DNA from: an uncultured Chloroflexia bacterium
Lineage (GTDB): Bacteria; Chloroflexota; Ktedonobacteria; Ktedonobacterales; JADMIN01
Reading direction: 5' to 3'
Length of the DNA: 64,000 nucleotides
Assembly (NCBI GenBank): GCA_963718915.1
Contig: CAVRAI010000004.1
Location: 704,504 to 768,503, forward strand
The notes beneath the pieces are model-generated. The model was given only the letters and a program-made list of their open reading frames with translations, was not told where the DNA came from and did no database searches. Below are positions 9,191 through 18,322 of the stretch, piece after piece (position 1 is the first letter of the stretch; each line of letters starts with the position of its first letter). The position numbers were made by a program, and so were the translations under genes.

Positions 9191-10344
9191 ACGTTTGGTG
9201 TGAGTTAGGCGCTCGTGCACAGGGAGCAAGTAGAAAGGAGGCGCCACAGTGGCAGACTGAGGGAAAGACCAATTCCTCGAAAAGGAGGCCCTCAGATGCT
9301 CGATGTGGACACCTTCCTAACGACAGTCTACGTGTTGGTGGACGAGTACGACAAGACCGCCTTGCCGCCCGACCCGCCGACGCCTGGCCCCGCTCCGGCG
9401 CTCGCGCGCAGCGAAGCCTTGACGTTGGCGCTCTTCGCCCAATGGGGCCTGTTTGCGAGTGAGCGGGCCTTCTACCGCTATGCCGAGCGCCATTTGCGCC
9501 CGGCTTTCCCGACCTTGCCCGCGCGCAGCCAGTATAACCGCCAGGTGCGCCGCCTGAGTGCCGCCTTGATCGCGGTGGGCATCGCGGTGGGCCAGTGGGT
9601 CGCGGCGCGGCTGCGCGACACGCTGCGCGACACGCTGGCGGCAGCAGGCGGAGCAGGCGGAGCGGACGATGCCTACGAAGTGGTCGATAGCCTGGGGGTG
9701 GCGACGCGGCATAACCAACGCCGAGGACGCGGCTGGTTGCCGGGCCAGGCGGCGCGGGGCTACTGCAATCGGCTCGGCTGGTACGTCGGTTTCCATGTGC
9801 TGACCGTCGTCACGCCCCAGGGAATCCTCACCGGCTTTGGCATCGCGCCCGGCAACAGCGCCGACCAATGGCTCGCGGAGACGTTGTTCGCCGCCCGCCA
9901 CCACCCGCACTCCCGCTGGCCCGAGGTGGGCCAGCCGCACGCGCCGCACGCGCCGCACGCGGCGCAGTGGTATCTGGCCGATACCGGCTTTGAGGGCGCC
10001 CGCTGGGTCACGCCGTGGCGCACCCAGTACCAGGCGCGCGTCCTCATCCCGCCCAAGCGGGGCACCGAGCGTCAACGCCCCGTGCAGCCCTGGTCCCACG
10101 CTGCGCGCCATGCCTTTGCCCGCTGCCGCCAGATCATCGAGAGCGTCCATGACAAGCTCCTGCACACCTTCGGCCTGGAGCATGAACGCCCCCATGCGCT
10201 GCCGGGGTTCCGCGCCCGCCTCGCCGCGCGGGTGACGCTCCATAATCTCTGTTGTTGGCTCAATTACCAACTCGGACGTCCTTTGCTCGCTTTTGCTGAT
10301 CTGATCGACTGGTAAGGAGTGCCCAGATAACTCACACCAAACGT
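9191..10344 (+). mobile_element. IS982-family insertion sequence (1154 bp)
   Basis: Perfect 17-bp terminal inverted repeats ACGTTTGGTGTGAGTTA at 9191-9207 and 10328-10344. Flanked by AGAA and TGAA, an imperfect 4-bp target duplication. Encodes one DDE transposase ORF. The flanks rejoin to match the uninterrupted REP-like copy at 11546-11572 (TGCCGGAGCC-TGAA-GGCCCCGGCGAAT). Confidence 0.85.
9296..10315 (+). CDS. IS982-family DDE transposase
   Basis: Start is ATG 9296, preceded by AAGGAGG. The N-terminus FLTTVYVLVDEY, VVDSLG, GWYVGFHVLTVV...GFGIAPGNSAD, YLADTGF and RCRQIIESVHDKL fit the IS982 layout and give candidate D, D and E residues. Carries in-frame tandem duplications (RDTL x2, AGG x2, HAP/HAP/HAA). 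Confidence 0.8.
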   Translation: MLDVDTFLTTVYVLVDEYDKTALPPDPPTPGPAPALARSEALTLALFAQWGLFASERAFYRYAERHLRPAFPTLPARSQYNRQVRRLSAALIAVGIAVGQWVAARLRDTLRDTLAAAGGAGGADDAYEVVDSLGVATRHNQRRGRGWLPGQAARGYCNRLGWYVGFHVLTVVTPQGILTGFGIAPGNSADQWLAETLFAARHHPHSRWPEVGQPHAPHAPHAAQWYLADTGFEGARWVTPWRTQYQARVLIPPKRGTERQRPVQPWSHAARHAFARCRQIIESVHDKLLHTFGLEHERPHALPGFRARLAARVTLHNLCCWLNYQLGRPLLAFADLIDW

Positions 10345-10416
10345 TGAAGGCCCCGGCGAATCACCCTATCCAGCCAGCGCATGCGCCCATTCGCCGTAGC
10401 GTTGACGCTACGGCCT
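10345..10416 (+). repeat. REP-like structured element, copy B (right part; left part 9177-9190 is separated by the IS)
   Basis: Reads TGAAGGCCCCGGCGAAT-N31-CCATTCGCCGTAGCGTTGACGCTACGGCC. Lies immediately downstream of the thiY-like stop codon. Confidence 0.8.
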
Positions 10417-10422
10417 GCTCTC

Positions 10423-11487
10423 TCACGAGCATGCGGGCAGAAACTGGTTGGTGAACGCCGCGCTATAATCAGGCTCTTTGGTGACCGGATTGCCGTTGGT
10501 GTCCTGAATCGCGTGGTGGTTGAACATGAAGCGCGGATAGTTTGTCCACGAGGCCAGCGACTGTGTGCCCCAGCACGGCTCGCCCGGCGCGTAGAGCGGG
10601 CTGAGATACGCCTGACTCTTGTAGACCAGTTGCGGATCGTCGAAGCTGCCCTTGGGCGCGCCGTTAATCAGTAGCTTTGCCGCGTCGTCGGGGTGCTGGA
10701 TGGCGTATTCGTAGCCCTCGGCGGTCGCCTTCATAAAGCGCTTGATGATGTCGGGGTGCTGCTGGATGAACTGCTGATTCGTGATGATAACCGGCGACGA
10801 GTAGTCGGGGATGCAGTAGTCCGGCAGCGGGAAGACATTAAGCGCGACACCCTGCACCTGCGCCTCGATGCCCTCCCAGCCCATGTAGACCCAGGCGAAA
10901 TCGAACTGACCGCTCTTGAGCGCCGCGATGGGATCAAGCTGCGTCGTGACGTTCTGGAAATTGGTGCTGGGCGCGCCCGCGCAACTGAGCATCTGGGAGA
11001 TGACTGGCTGCTCGTATGCTCCGCCAAAACCCGCGTAGCGCTTGCCCGCCAGCTTCGCGACGCTATCTAGCCCGGAACTCTTGAGCGTGATGAGCGCCGA
11101 GGTGTTGTGTTCGATGATCGCGCCCACCGAGACGATGGGCACATCCTGCGCGCGGAATGTCGTCACCGATTCGGGGAAGCTGATGCCGAACTCCGCCTTG
11201 CCCGTGCCCACAAGCTGTTCGGGATAGACGCTACTCGAATAGGGGGTCAGCGACAGATCAATGCCATTTTGCCGGTAATAGCCCTTCTGCATCGCCACAT
11301 AGATACCGGTGTGGTTGGTGTTGGGCGTCCAGTCGAGGGCGAGCGAGACCTTCGCCACTGGGCCGTCATATGATGACGTGGTGGACTGGCCGATGCAGCC
11401 CGCGAGTAGCGGCAGCGCCACCAGCAGGAGCAGCGCGACCAGTTGTGGAGCCGATTTGATACGACGCAATTGTGCGAATGATTCCAT
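10423..11487 (-). CDS. thiY: ABC transporter substrate-binding lipoprotein, NMT1/THI5-like (thiamine-pyrimidine precursor binding, ThiY-like)
   Basis: Start is ATG 11487, preceded by AGGAG. Lipobox LLVALPLLAGC. LDWTPNTNHTGIYVAMQKGYY is typical of NMT1/THI5-type binding proteins. It is the last gene of the TPP-riboswitch operon. The symbol is an inference. Confidence 0.8.
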   Translation of the reverse strand: MESFAQLRRIKSAPQLVALLLLVALPLLAGCIGQSTTSSYDGPVAKVSLALDWTPNTNHTGIYVAMQKGYYRQNGIDLSLTPYSSSVYPEQLVGTGKAEFGISFPESVTTFRAQDVPIVSVGAIIEHNTSALITLKSSGLDSVAKLAGKRYAGFGGAYEQPVISQMLSCAGAPSTNFQNVTTQLDPIAALKSGQFDFAWVYMGWEGIEAQVQGVALNVFPLPDYCIPDYSSPVIITNQQFIQQHPDIIKRFMKATAEGYEYAIQHPDDAAKLLINGAPKGSFDDPQLVYKSQAYLSPLYAPGEPCWGTQSLASWTNYPRFMFNHHAIQDTNGNPVTKEPDYSAAFTNQFLPACS

Positions 11488-11545
11488 GAATGAAGAACTC
11501 CTTCGGTGGCCAGATGAACTGGTCTTGATAATATTTGGGGTCATC

Positions 11546-11623
11546 TGCCGGAGCCTGAAGGCCCCGGCGAATTTCCCCACCGAAGCAACCAGCCCATTCG
11601 CTATAGCGTTTACGCTACCGCCC
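11546..11623 (+). repeat. REP-like structured element, copy C (intact)
   Basis: Reads TGCCGGAGCCTGAAGGCCCCGGCGAAT-N25-CCATTCGCTATAGCGTTTACGCTACCGCC. It is intercistronic, between the permease stop (11677) and the binding-protein start (11487). Confidence 0.8.
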
Positions 11624-11676
11624 GCCATCCCCTACGCAAACGCCAACAACGCAGGCTGCTTTCGCCTCGCATTTCG

Positions 11677-12492
11677 TCACTCCCTACGTTGGCGTTGCAG
11701 GTAATACCACGGCAGCGCCAGACGCTCCACAATCGCCACCGAGGCGAAGAGCGCGATGCTCAGGAGCGCGGTGACGACGATGGCTGCCAACACCCCCGCC
11801 GTCGCGAAGGAATGTTGCTTGAGCTGCATGTAGAATCCCAGGCCCGCGCTTGCCCCGACATACTCGCCGAAGATCGCGCCGATGACGCTATACGCGATGG
11901 CGATGCGCACGCCCGAGAAGAGCGACGGCAGCGCGCCCGGCAGCCGCACCGACCAGAAGATGCGCACTGGCCCCGCGCCGAACGCACGAAACAGCCGGAT
12001 AAGCTCGGGGTCGGCGGAGCGCAGCCCATCCGCCAGCGCCACGACGATTGGGAAGAAGCAGACCAGCAGGACGACGATAGACTTCGAGACCAGCCCGAAC
12101 CCGAACCAGAGCACAAGCAGCGGCGCCAGCGTGATGATCGGGATCGTCTGCGACGCCACCAGCAGCGGATAGATCGCCCGCCGCAGCCATGGCGAGAAGT
12201 CGATCAGCGTGCCGAAGACAATCCCAGCTACCAGCGCCAGCGCGAAGCCAATCAGCGTCTCTTGCAGCGTCACCAGCATGTGTTGCCAGAGGATATCGCG
12301 CTGGCCCACCAGCACCCCCCAGACGGCGAGCGGCGTTGGCAGGATCTGCGCATCAATCGTCGGCTGGCTGGCGTACCACTGCCAGAGCAGCACGAGCGCC
12401 GCCAACAGCGCCAGGGCCGGGATAGTAGCCGCCATGGTGCGACGGGAGACTCGCCACCATCGTGCTATGGGCCACGCCGACAGAATGGGCAT
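11677..12492 (-). CDS. thiX: ABC transporter permease (NitT/TauT-type, ThiX-like)
   Basis: A multi-TM protein with the permease signature region (DGLRSADPELIRLFRAFGAG). I drop the first 94 R/P/A-rich codons of the listed ORF because they overlap the ATPase gene. Start is ATG 12492. Confidence 0.8.
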   Translation of the reverse strand: MPILSAWPIARWWRVSRRTMAATIPALALLAALVLLWQWYASQPTIDAQILPTPLAVWGVLVGQRDILWQHMLVTLQETLIGFALALVAGIVFGTLIDFSPWLRRAIYPLLVASQTIPIITLAPLLVLWFGFGLVSKSIVVLLVCFFPIVVALADGLRSADPELIRLFRAFGAGPVRIFWSVRLPGALPSLFSGVRIAIAYSVIGAIFGEYVGASAGLGFYMQLKQHSFATAGVLAAIVVTALLSIALFASVAIVERLALPWYYLQRQRRE

Positions 12493-12557
12493 CGCTCCAG
12501 TGTCTGTGGCGCTGGATGAAGCGCTCTTGGTGGTATCTGGTGAGTCATGCAGCGTCT

Positions 12558-13340
12558 TCAAGCCGCGCCTCCCGTCACCTCGGCGTCGAGCAGCGATGCC
12601 AGCAACTCCGCCTTGATCGCGACAATTTCCGGGCGCGCGAGCATCTCCAGCCGTCGCGGGCGTTCCAGCGGCACGGCGCGCTCCAGGCGGACGGTTCCGG
12701 GGCGCGGCGTGAGCACATAGATACGGTCGGATAGTAGCAGCGCCTCGTCGAGGTCGTGGGTGACGAGCAGGCACGTCGCGCCTAATCGCTCCCAGAGATC
12801 GGCAAGCCAGCGCTGCAAGCCAGTGCGGGTGAGGGCGTCCAGCGCGCCAAACGGCTCATCCAGCAGCAAGAGATTGTGGGCCGCCAGGACGGTTCGGGCG
12901 AAGGCGACCCGCTGGCGCATGCCGCCGCTGAGCGTGGCGGGCCAGGCGCGCTCGAATCCCGCCAGCCCAAACTCGGCGAAGAGGGCACGGGCGCGAGTCG
13001 CCGCCTCAGTCCGCGACACACCCTGCGTCTGGAGTCCGGCTATCGCGTTGCCGAGCGCGGTGCGCCAGGGGAGCAGCAGATCGCGCTGTGGCATGTAGCC
13101 TGCCCGCCCGAGCAGCCGTGCCTGTGTGTCGCCACGCAGGGCGACCGTGCCGGAGGTAGGTGTCTCCAGTCCGGCGAAGATGGAGAGCAGTGTCGTCTTG
13201 CCAGAGCCACTTGGCCCAACGAGTGCGACAAACTCGCCCTCATCCACATGCAGCGAGACGCGCTGAAGGGCGAGAAGATCAGCGCCACCAACGCGGTAGC
13301 GCATCGTGACCGCGCGCGCCTCTAACAGTGGTGTTCCCAT
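12558..13340 (-). CDS. thiZ: ABC transporter ATP-binding protein (ThiZ-like)
   Basis: Walker [10 protein letters not shown], signature LSGGMRQRV and Walker B LLLDEPFGALD. Start is ATG 13340, preceded by GGAGGG. Confidence 0.88.
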   Translation of the reverse strand: MGTPLLEARAVTMRYRVGGADLLALQRVSLHVDEGEFVALVGPSGSGKTTLLSIFAGLETPTSGTVALRGDTQARLLGRAGYMPQRDLLLPWRTALGNAIAGLQTQGVSRTEAATRARALFAEFGLAGFERAWPATLSGGMRQRVAFARTVLAAHNLLLLDEPFGALDALTRTGLQRWLADLWERLGATCLLVTHDLDEALLLSDRIYVLTPRPGTVRLERAVPLERPRRLEMLARPEIVAIKAELLASLLDAEVTGGAA

Positions 13341-13426
13341 CGCCTGCCCTCCAGATTGCCAGCACATTTCAGTGGCTTTATGTCAGTGCATCCGGGAGGT
13401 TGAGACAGACCCGCGAGGCGCGCACA

Positions 13427-13462
13427 CAAAAAGGGACGCCGACGTATCATGCCAGCGTCCCC
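13427..13462 (-). terminator. Intrinsic terminator / expression platform of the TPP riboswitch
   Basis: The reverse strand reads GGGACGCUGGC-AUGAUAC-GUCGGCGUCCC followed by UUUUU. It sits between the aptamer and the thiZ start. Confidence 0.75.
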
Positions 13463-13477
13463 ATCGTGTGAAGCGTT

Positions 13478-13566
<89 letters not shown>

Positions 13567-13783
13567 CCGTTGCGGTTGTTCAGTATTCGGTTGTCACATA
13601 GAGATGTACCATGTTTGCCCAAATGCGTCAAGCCAACGCATTGTGACTGGAACATAGATTCAAGTTATCCACCGCCTCTGTGGATATGCACCCTCAAATG
13701 TGGAAATCTTGTTCTAGTTGAATCACATGACGCGGAAACCTGGTTTCCAAAGCAGCGAGTCTGCGAAAGAAGAGTGGACTATC

Positions 13784-13812
13784 TCAACACCACACGTGAA
13801 CCATGCTACAAT
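13784..13812 (+). promoter_or_regulatory. Candidate sigma-70-type promoter for mutS
   Basis: TCAACA, a 17-nt spacer, then TACAAT, with a TGC extended -10. Lies about 60 nt upstream of the mutS ATG. Confidence 0.4.
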
Positions 13813-13874
13813 AGCCGGGTCGGGTTCATACCGATACTCCACATCCGCCCGCTGTCTGGCAAAGAGGAGTTGCC

Positions 13875-16556
13875 ATGGCCTCACCCGCTCGCCGCCAATA
13901 CCTCGATATCAAGGCGCAGCATCAGGATGCGCTGCTTGCCTACAACATAGGCGACTTTTATGAGTTCTTTGACGAAGACGCGCGTATCGTTGCCCGTGAG
14001 CTGCAGATCGTCCTGACCGCGCGCAGCTATGGGCCGGGTGAGGCGGTGCCGCTAGCGGGGGTGCCGACCCATGCGCTTGAGACGTATCTGGCGCGACTGG
14101 TGGCGCGTGGCTACAAAGTGGCCGTCTGCGACCAGGTCAGCCCACCGGGCAAGGGGCTGGTGAAGCGCGAGGTGACGCGCATTCTGACGCCTGGGACGGT
14201 GGTCGAGCCGAATATGGTGCCCGTCCGGCGAGATAACTACCTCGTCGCGCTGGCATTCGGCGCGCGTGGCGGCGCGGGGCTGGCGGTGGTCGAGGCGAGC
14301 ACCGGCGCGTTCTCCTGCGTCGAATGGTCGGCGTCGCGTCTGCCTGCCGCATTGCGCGCCGAACTTGAGCGGCTGGCTCCTGCCGAGGTACTGCTCGCCG
14401 AGGGTATCCAAGCACATCCTGAGCACCTGATTGGCGAAGGCGACTGGCTTGCGCACTGGACACTCACTCCCTGCAGCGATTCGTGGTTCGAGGAGGACGG
14501 CGCGCGCCGCCGCATGTGTCGTCACTTCGGCGCTGCCACGCTCGTCGCCTATGGCTGCGAGCACCTGCCGCTGGCCGTCAGCGCGTCGGGCGCGATTCTG
14601 GCCTACCTCGAACGAATGAATCCGACGTTGCTTTCTTTGCTGACCGATCTCAAGACCTATGACACCGCCGGTTTCGTGGAAATTGACGGCAGGACCTGGC
14701 GGGCGCTGGAGGTGATCGAGCCAGCGCACGCGATACATGCCAGGACGGGCAGGGAGTCGCCAGCGACACTGCTGGCGACGCTCGACGCCACGCGGACAGC
14801 GATGGGCGCGCGGTTGTTGCGTCGGTCGCTCCTGCAGCCGCTCCGCAACCGTGCCGCGCTCGAAGAGCGGCTCGACGCCGTCGCCGAGTTGCATGCCACA
14901 ACAGCTATGCGCCAACAGCTGGCCAGCGCGCTTGACGGTCTCGGCGATCTGGAGCGCCTGATTGCGCGCATCATCCATGGATCGGCGGCGCCACGAGAGG
15001 TGTTTGGTCTGGAGAGCGCTCTGGCGCGCGTCCCAATGGTCGCTGCCGCGCTCCGTGATACGAAAGTGTCTGCGCTGGTGCGTTTGCGCGAGGATCTGGA
15101 CGCCTGTCCGCGAGCGCGTGAGTTGATTGTGCGGGCGCTGGCCGAGCCTGGCGCGGGAACTGGTCGCCTCATCCGCGCGGGCTATAACGCCGAACTGGAT
15201 ACACTGGCCCAGTCCGCCGCCGAGGCGCGCCAGTGGATCGCAATGCTGGAGGCCGACGAACGCGAGCGGACAGGCATCAAGTCGCTCAAGGTAGGGTTCA
15301 ATAAGGTCTTCGGCTATTACATCGAGGTCACCACGCCAAATCTGAGCCGCGTGCCTGAGGATTATCAGCGTCGGCAGACTATTTCCACGGGTGAGCGCTT
15401 TGTCACACCTGAGTTGAAGGCGCATGAGGCGCAGGTGTTGCACGCCAGCGAACAGATCGAGGTGATGGAGCGGGCGCTCTACGGTGACGTGTTGCGGTCG
15501 CTGGCTGGTTCCGCTACGCCAATGCGCCGGACTGCTGCGGCGCTGGCGGAGGTAGATATGTGGCTGGCGCTGGCGGAGGTAGCGCTGGCGCGGAACTATG
15601 TGCGTCCTGAATTGGTCGATGGAACCTGTTTGGAAATCGTCGCGGGGCGACATCCCGTCGTCGAAGTGGCGACTGAGGGCGCCGAATTCATCGCTAACGA
15701 CACCCACCTCCGCGCGCATGAGCATGATGGCCAAGCTGGCGTGAACTCGATTGATGATGCGCACGCAATCATGCTGCTGACCGGGCCGAATATGGCGGGC
15801 AAGTCCACCTATCTGCGGCAGGTGGCGCTCATCACGCTGCTGGCGCAGATTGGCTCGTTCGTCCCAGCGGCGTCGGCGCGTATCGGGTTGGTGGATCGCA
15901 TCTTTACACGGGTGGGCGCGGAGGATGACCTCGCGCGCGGTTTGAGCACGTTCATGCTCGAAATGGTGGAAACCGCCTACATTCTGCGGCATGCAACAGC
16001 GAAAAGCCTTGTGGTTCTGGACGAGGTGGGCCGGGGCACCAGCACCGCCGATGGGTTATCTATTGCACGCGCAGTCGTCGAATATCTGCACGACTACGTT
16101 GGCGCGCAGACGCTCTTTGCTACCCACTACCACGAGCTAGCCGATCTCGCCGAGTCGCTGCCCCGCGTCGGCGTCTTCCGCATGGCGGTTGCCGCGCGAG
16201 ACGATGGCGCGATTTTCCTGCATCGGGTCGTTCCGGGAGCCAGCGCTGATAGCTATGGGGTTCAGGTCGCGCGGATGGCTGGGTTGCCCGCACCCGTCAC
16301 CGAACGCGCATCGGCCCTGCTATTGCAGCATGCCAGCGCTCAGCGGCTGATCGCGGAGTCACCAGCCGCGTATGTCGCCTCAGCCAGTGAAGACACTCAG
16401 ATAGACTCAGTGGTGACGCGGCGGGAACGCGAACTGGCGCTCGATCTGGCCGCCGCCAATATTGCCGCGATGACGCCGATAGAAGCGATCAACGCGCTCT
16501 TTGCCTTGCAGCAACGGGCGCTTCAGCTGCTGCGCGCGGCGGATGAGGGAGTGTGA
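13875..16556 (+). CDS. mutS: DNA mismatch repair protein MutS
   Basis: 893 aa. N-terminus is RQYLDIKAQHQDALLAYNIGDFYEFF. Walker A is TGPNMAGKSTYLRQ. Confidence 0.97.
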   Translation: MASPARRQYLDIKAQHQDALLAYNIGDFYEFFDEDARIVARELQIVLTARSYGPGEAVPLAGVPTHALETYLARLVARGYKVAVCDQVSPPGKGLVKREVTRILTPGTVVEPNMVPVRRDNYLVALAFGARGGAGLAVVEASTGAFSCVEWSASRLPAALRAELERLAPAEVLLAEGIQAHPEHLIGEGDWLAHWTLTPCSDSWFEEDGARRRMCRHFGAATLVAYGCEHLPLAVSASGAILAYLERMNPTLLSLLTDLKTYDTAGFVEIDGRTWRALEVIEPAHAIHARTGRESPATLLATLDATRTAMGARLLRRSLLQPLRNRAALEERLDAVAELHATTAMRQQLASALDGLGDLERLIARIIHGSAAPREVFGLESALARVPMVAAALRDTKVSALVRLREDLDACPRARELIVRALAEPGAGTGRLIRAGYNAELDTLAQSAAEARQWIAMLEADERERTGIKSLKVGFNKVFGYYIEVTTPNLSRVPEDYQRRQTISTGERFVTPELKAHEAQVLHASEQIEVMERALYGDVLRSLAGSATPMRRTAAALAEVDMWLALAEVALARNYVRPELVDGTCLEIVAGRHPVVEVATEGAEFIANDTHLRAHEHDGQAGVNSIDDAHAIMLLTGPNMAGKSTYLRQVALITLLAQIGSFVPAASARIGLVDRIFTRVGAEDDLARGLSTFMLEMVETAYILRHATAKSLVVLDEVGRGTSTADGLSIARAVVEYLHDYVGAQTLFATHYHELADLAESLPRVGVFRMAVAARDDGAIFLHRVVPGASADSYGVQVARMAGLPAPVTERASALLLQHASAQRLIAESPAAYVASASEDTQIDSVVTRRERELALDLAAANIAAMTPIEAINALFALQQRALQLLRAADEGV

Positions 16557-18313
16557 GAGCTGTGCCGGAACGAATCGCGCCACTAGCGCGCGAGGTGATC
16601 GAGCGGATCGCGGCGGGCGAGGTGATCGAGCGGCCCGCCTCGGTCATGCGCGAGTTGATCGATAACGCGCTGGACGCCAACGCTACGATGATCCGCGTCG
16701 AGTTACAGGATGGCGGTCTGCGGCTGATTCGCGTCGCGGACGATGGCGAGGGCATTCTGGCGGACGACCTGCCCCTGACTGTGACGCCGCATGCCACCAG
16801 CAAAGTGCGCAGCCTGTCCGACCTGGAGCACATCGCTACGCTTGGATTCCGTGGCGAAGCACTGGCCAGCATCGCCGCCGTCGCCGAAGTGGAGATTGCC
16901 AGCGCGGCTGACGAGCGCGGCATCGCGTGTACCCTGCGCGCTGGCCCAGATATGCCAAGCGTGACGACTGAGTTACCTCGTAGTCGTGGCACAACCGTCA
17001 CGGTGCGCGCTCTGTTCGCGACAGTTCCGGCGCGGCGCGCCCTATTGCGAAGCTCGCGGGTTGAGGTGGGGCGGTCGCTGGCGGTCGTGCGCGCCTATGC
17101 GCTGGCGCATCCGGCGATTCACTTTATCCTGGTGAGCGATGGCGCCGTAGTGCTTCAGACTAGTGGTTATGATCGCGCAGAGGCCATCGCGGCGATCTAT
17201 GGCAGCGATGTGGCGCGGGCGTCGCTGACCATTGGTCCGGTACAGGCAGGCGAGGCCACAATCTCCGGGATAGCCGCCTCGCGCGCTTTTCATAGCAGTA
17301 ACCGCGATCACGTGTTGCTGGTCGTCAACGGACGACCAGTGGCGAATCACGCGCTGCTGGCCGCGCTCGAGGCAGGCTATCGCCCGCTGTTGCGGAAAGG
17401 GCGCCATCCGCTGCTGATCGCCGAGGTGACGGCGCCGCTCAACCAGGTGGACGCCAATATCCACCCATCGAAGACAGAGGTGTTGCTGCGGCACGAACAG
17501 GCGCTGGCGGCGGCGCTACGTGAGGCGGTCCACACAGCGATGGGGCAGGCGCCACTCAATGCGCTGGCGAGCGCTGGCGACCTCGCCACCGGCCAGTTTG
17601 CGCGTCCGCTACAACTGCGCTTTCCACAACGGCGTATCCGTCGGGCGACACGTCTGGCCGAGCGACCTCGGTCTTACGCTACAAACGATGAAGAGACCGC
17701 GCTTGGTACCGATGCAGGTGAGTGGGAGCCGCTGGCTCAGTTCGACGAGACGTTGATCCTGGCGAGGACGGCGAACGGACAACTGCTGCTGATAGACCAG
17801 CACCGGGCGCACGAGCGCATCCTCTACGAGCGCCTGCTCCAACGCCGCCATCTCCTGCGTGCCGCGAGCGCGACCGATAGCGCTGCCAGCGAACAATCCG
17901 CGCAGATGCTCTTGCAGCCGCTGTTGGTGGAACTTTCGCCGCTCCAGGCACGCCAACTCGAACCGCGGCTGGATGAACTGCGCGCGCTCGGTCTGGATTG
18001 CCAGCCGTTCGGCGACAGCGTTTTCCTGGTGCGTGCTGTACCCCACCTGCCCGGAATGGCATATGACGCCGCCGCAGTTGCCGCCTCACTGACCGAGGAT
18101 GCGGCGACCGATAGTAACGACTGGCTGGATGTGGTGTGTATCTCGCTGGCGTGTCGAACGGCCATCCGGCGCGGACAACCCCTTACGCAAGAAGAGCAGC
18201 GGGCGCTACTGGCCGATTTGCGCTCGGTGCTGGTGGTGGCGACATGCCCCCATGGCAGTCCACTGTTGCTGCGCTATAGCCCTTCGGGACTGGCACGAGC
18301 GTTTGAGTGGTAG
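16553..18313 (+). CDS. mutL: DNA mismatch repair protein MutL
   Basis: 586 aa. The GTG start overlaps the mutS stop (GTGA). GHKL ATPase motifs IAAGEVIERPASVMRELIDNALDA. Confidence 0.95.
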   Translation: MRAVPERIAPLAREVIERIAAGEVIERPASVMRELIDNALDANATMIRVELQDGGLRLIRVADDGEGILADDLPLTVTPHATSKVRSLSDLEHIATLGFRGEALASIAAVAEVEIASAADERGIACTLRAGPDMPSVTTELPRSRGTTVTVRALFATVPARRALLRSSRVEVGRSLAVVRAYALAHPAIHFILVSDGAVVLQTSGYDRAEAIAAIYGSDVARASLTIGPVQAGEATISGIAASRAFHSSNRDHVLLVVNGRPVANHALLAALEAGYRPLLRKGRHPLLIAEVTAPLNQVDANIHPSKTEVLLRHEQALAAALREAVHTAMGQAPLNALASAGDLATGQFARPLQLRFPQRRIRRATRLAERPRSYATNDEETALGTDAGEWEPLAQFDETLILARTANGQLLLIDQHRAHERILYERLLQRRHLLRAASATDSAASEQSAQMLLQPLLVELSPLQARQLEPRLDELRALGLDCQPFGDSVFLVRAVPHLPGMAYDAAAVAASLTEDAATDSNDWLDVVCISLACRTAIRRGQPLTQEEQRALLADLRSVLVVATCPHGSPLLLRYSPSGLARAFEW

Positions 18314-18322
18314 CCTCCCTCC

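Noticed and set aside
9317-10270. 317-aa minus-strand ORF inside the IS element
   Set aside because: Antisense to the transposase ORF, which carries the DDE-type motifs. The composition is typical of a shadow frame.
11689-12519. 276-aa plus-strand ORF, and the 94-codon N-terminal extension of the permease ORF (12493-12774)
   Set aside because: The plus-strand ORF is antisense to the permease and R/D/E/Q-rich. The extension overlaps the ATPase gene and is R/P/A-rich with no TM segments. An internal ATG at 12492 gives a normal permease.
14052-15992. 646-aa minus-strand ORF
   Set aside because: Entirely antisense to mutS, with an Arg/Gln/His-rich composition. A shadow ORF.
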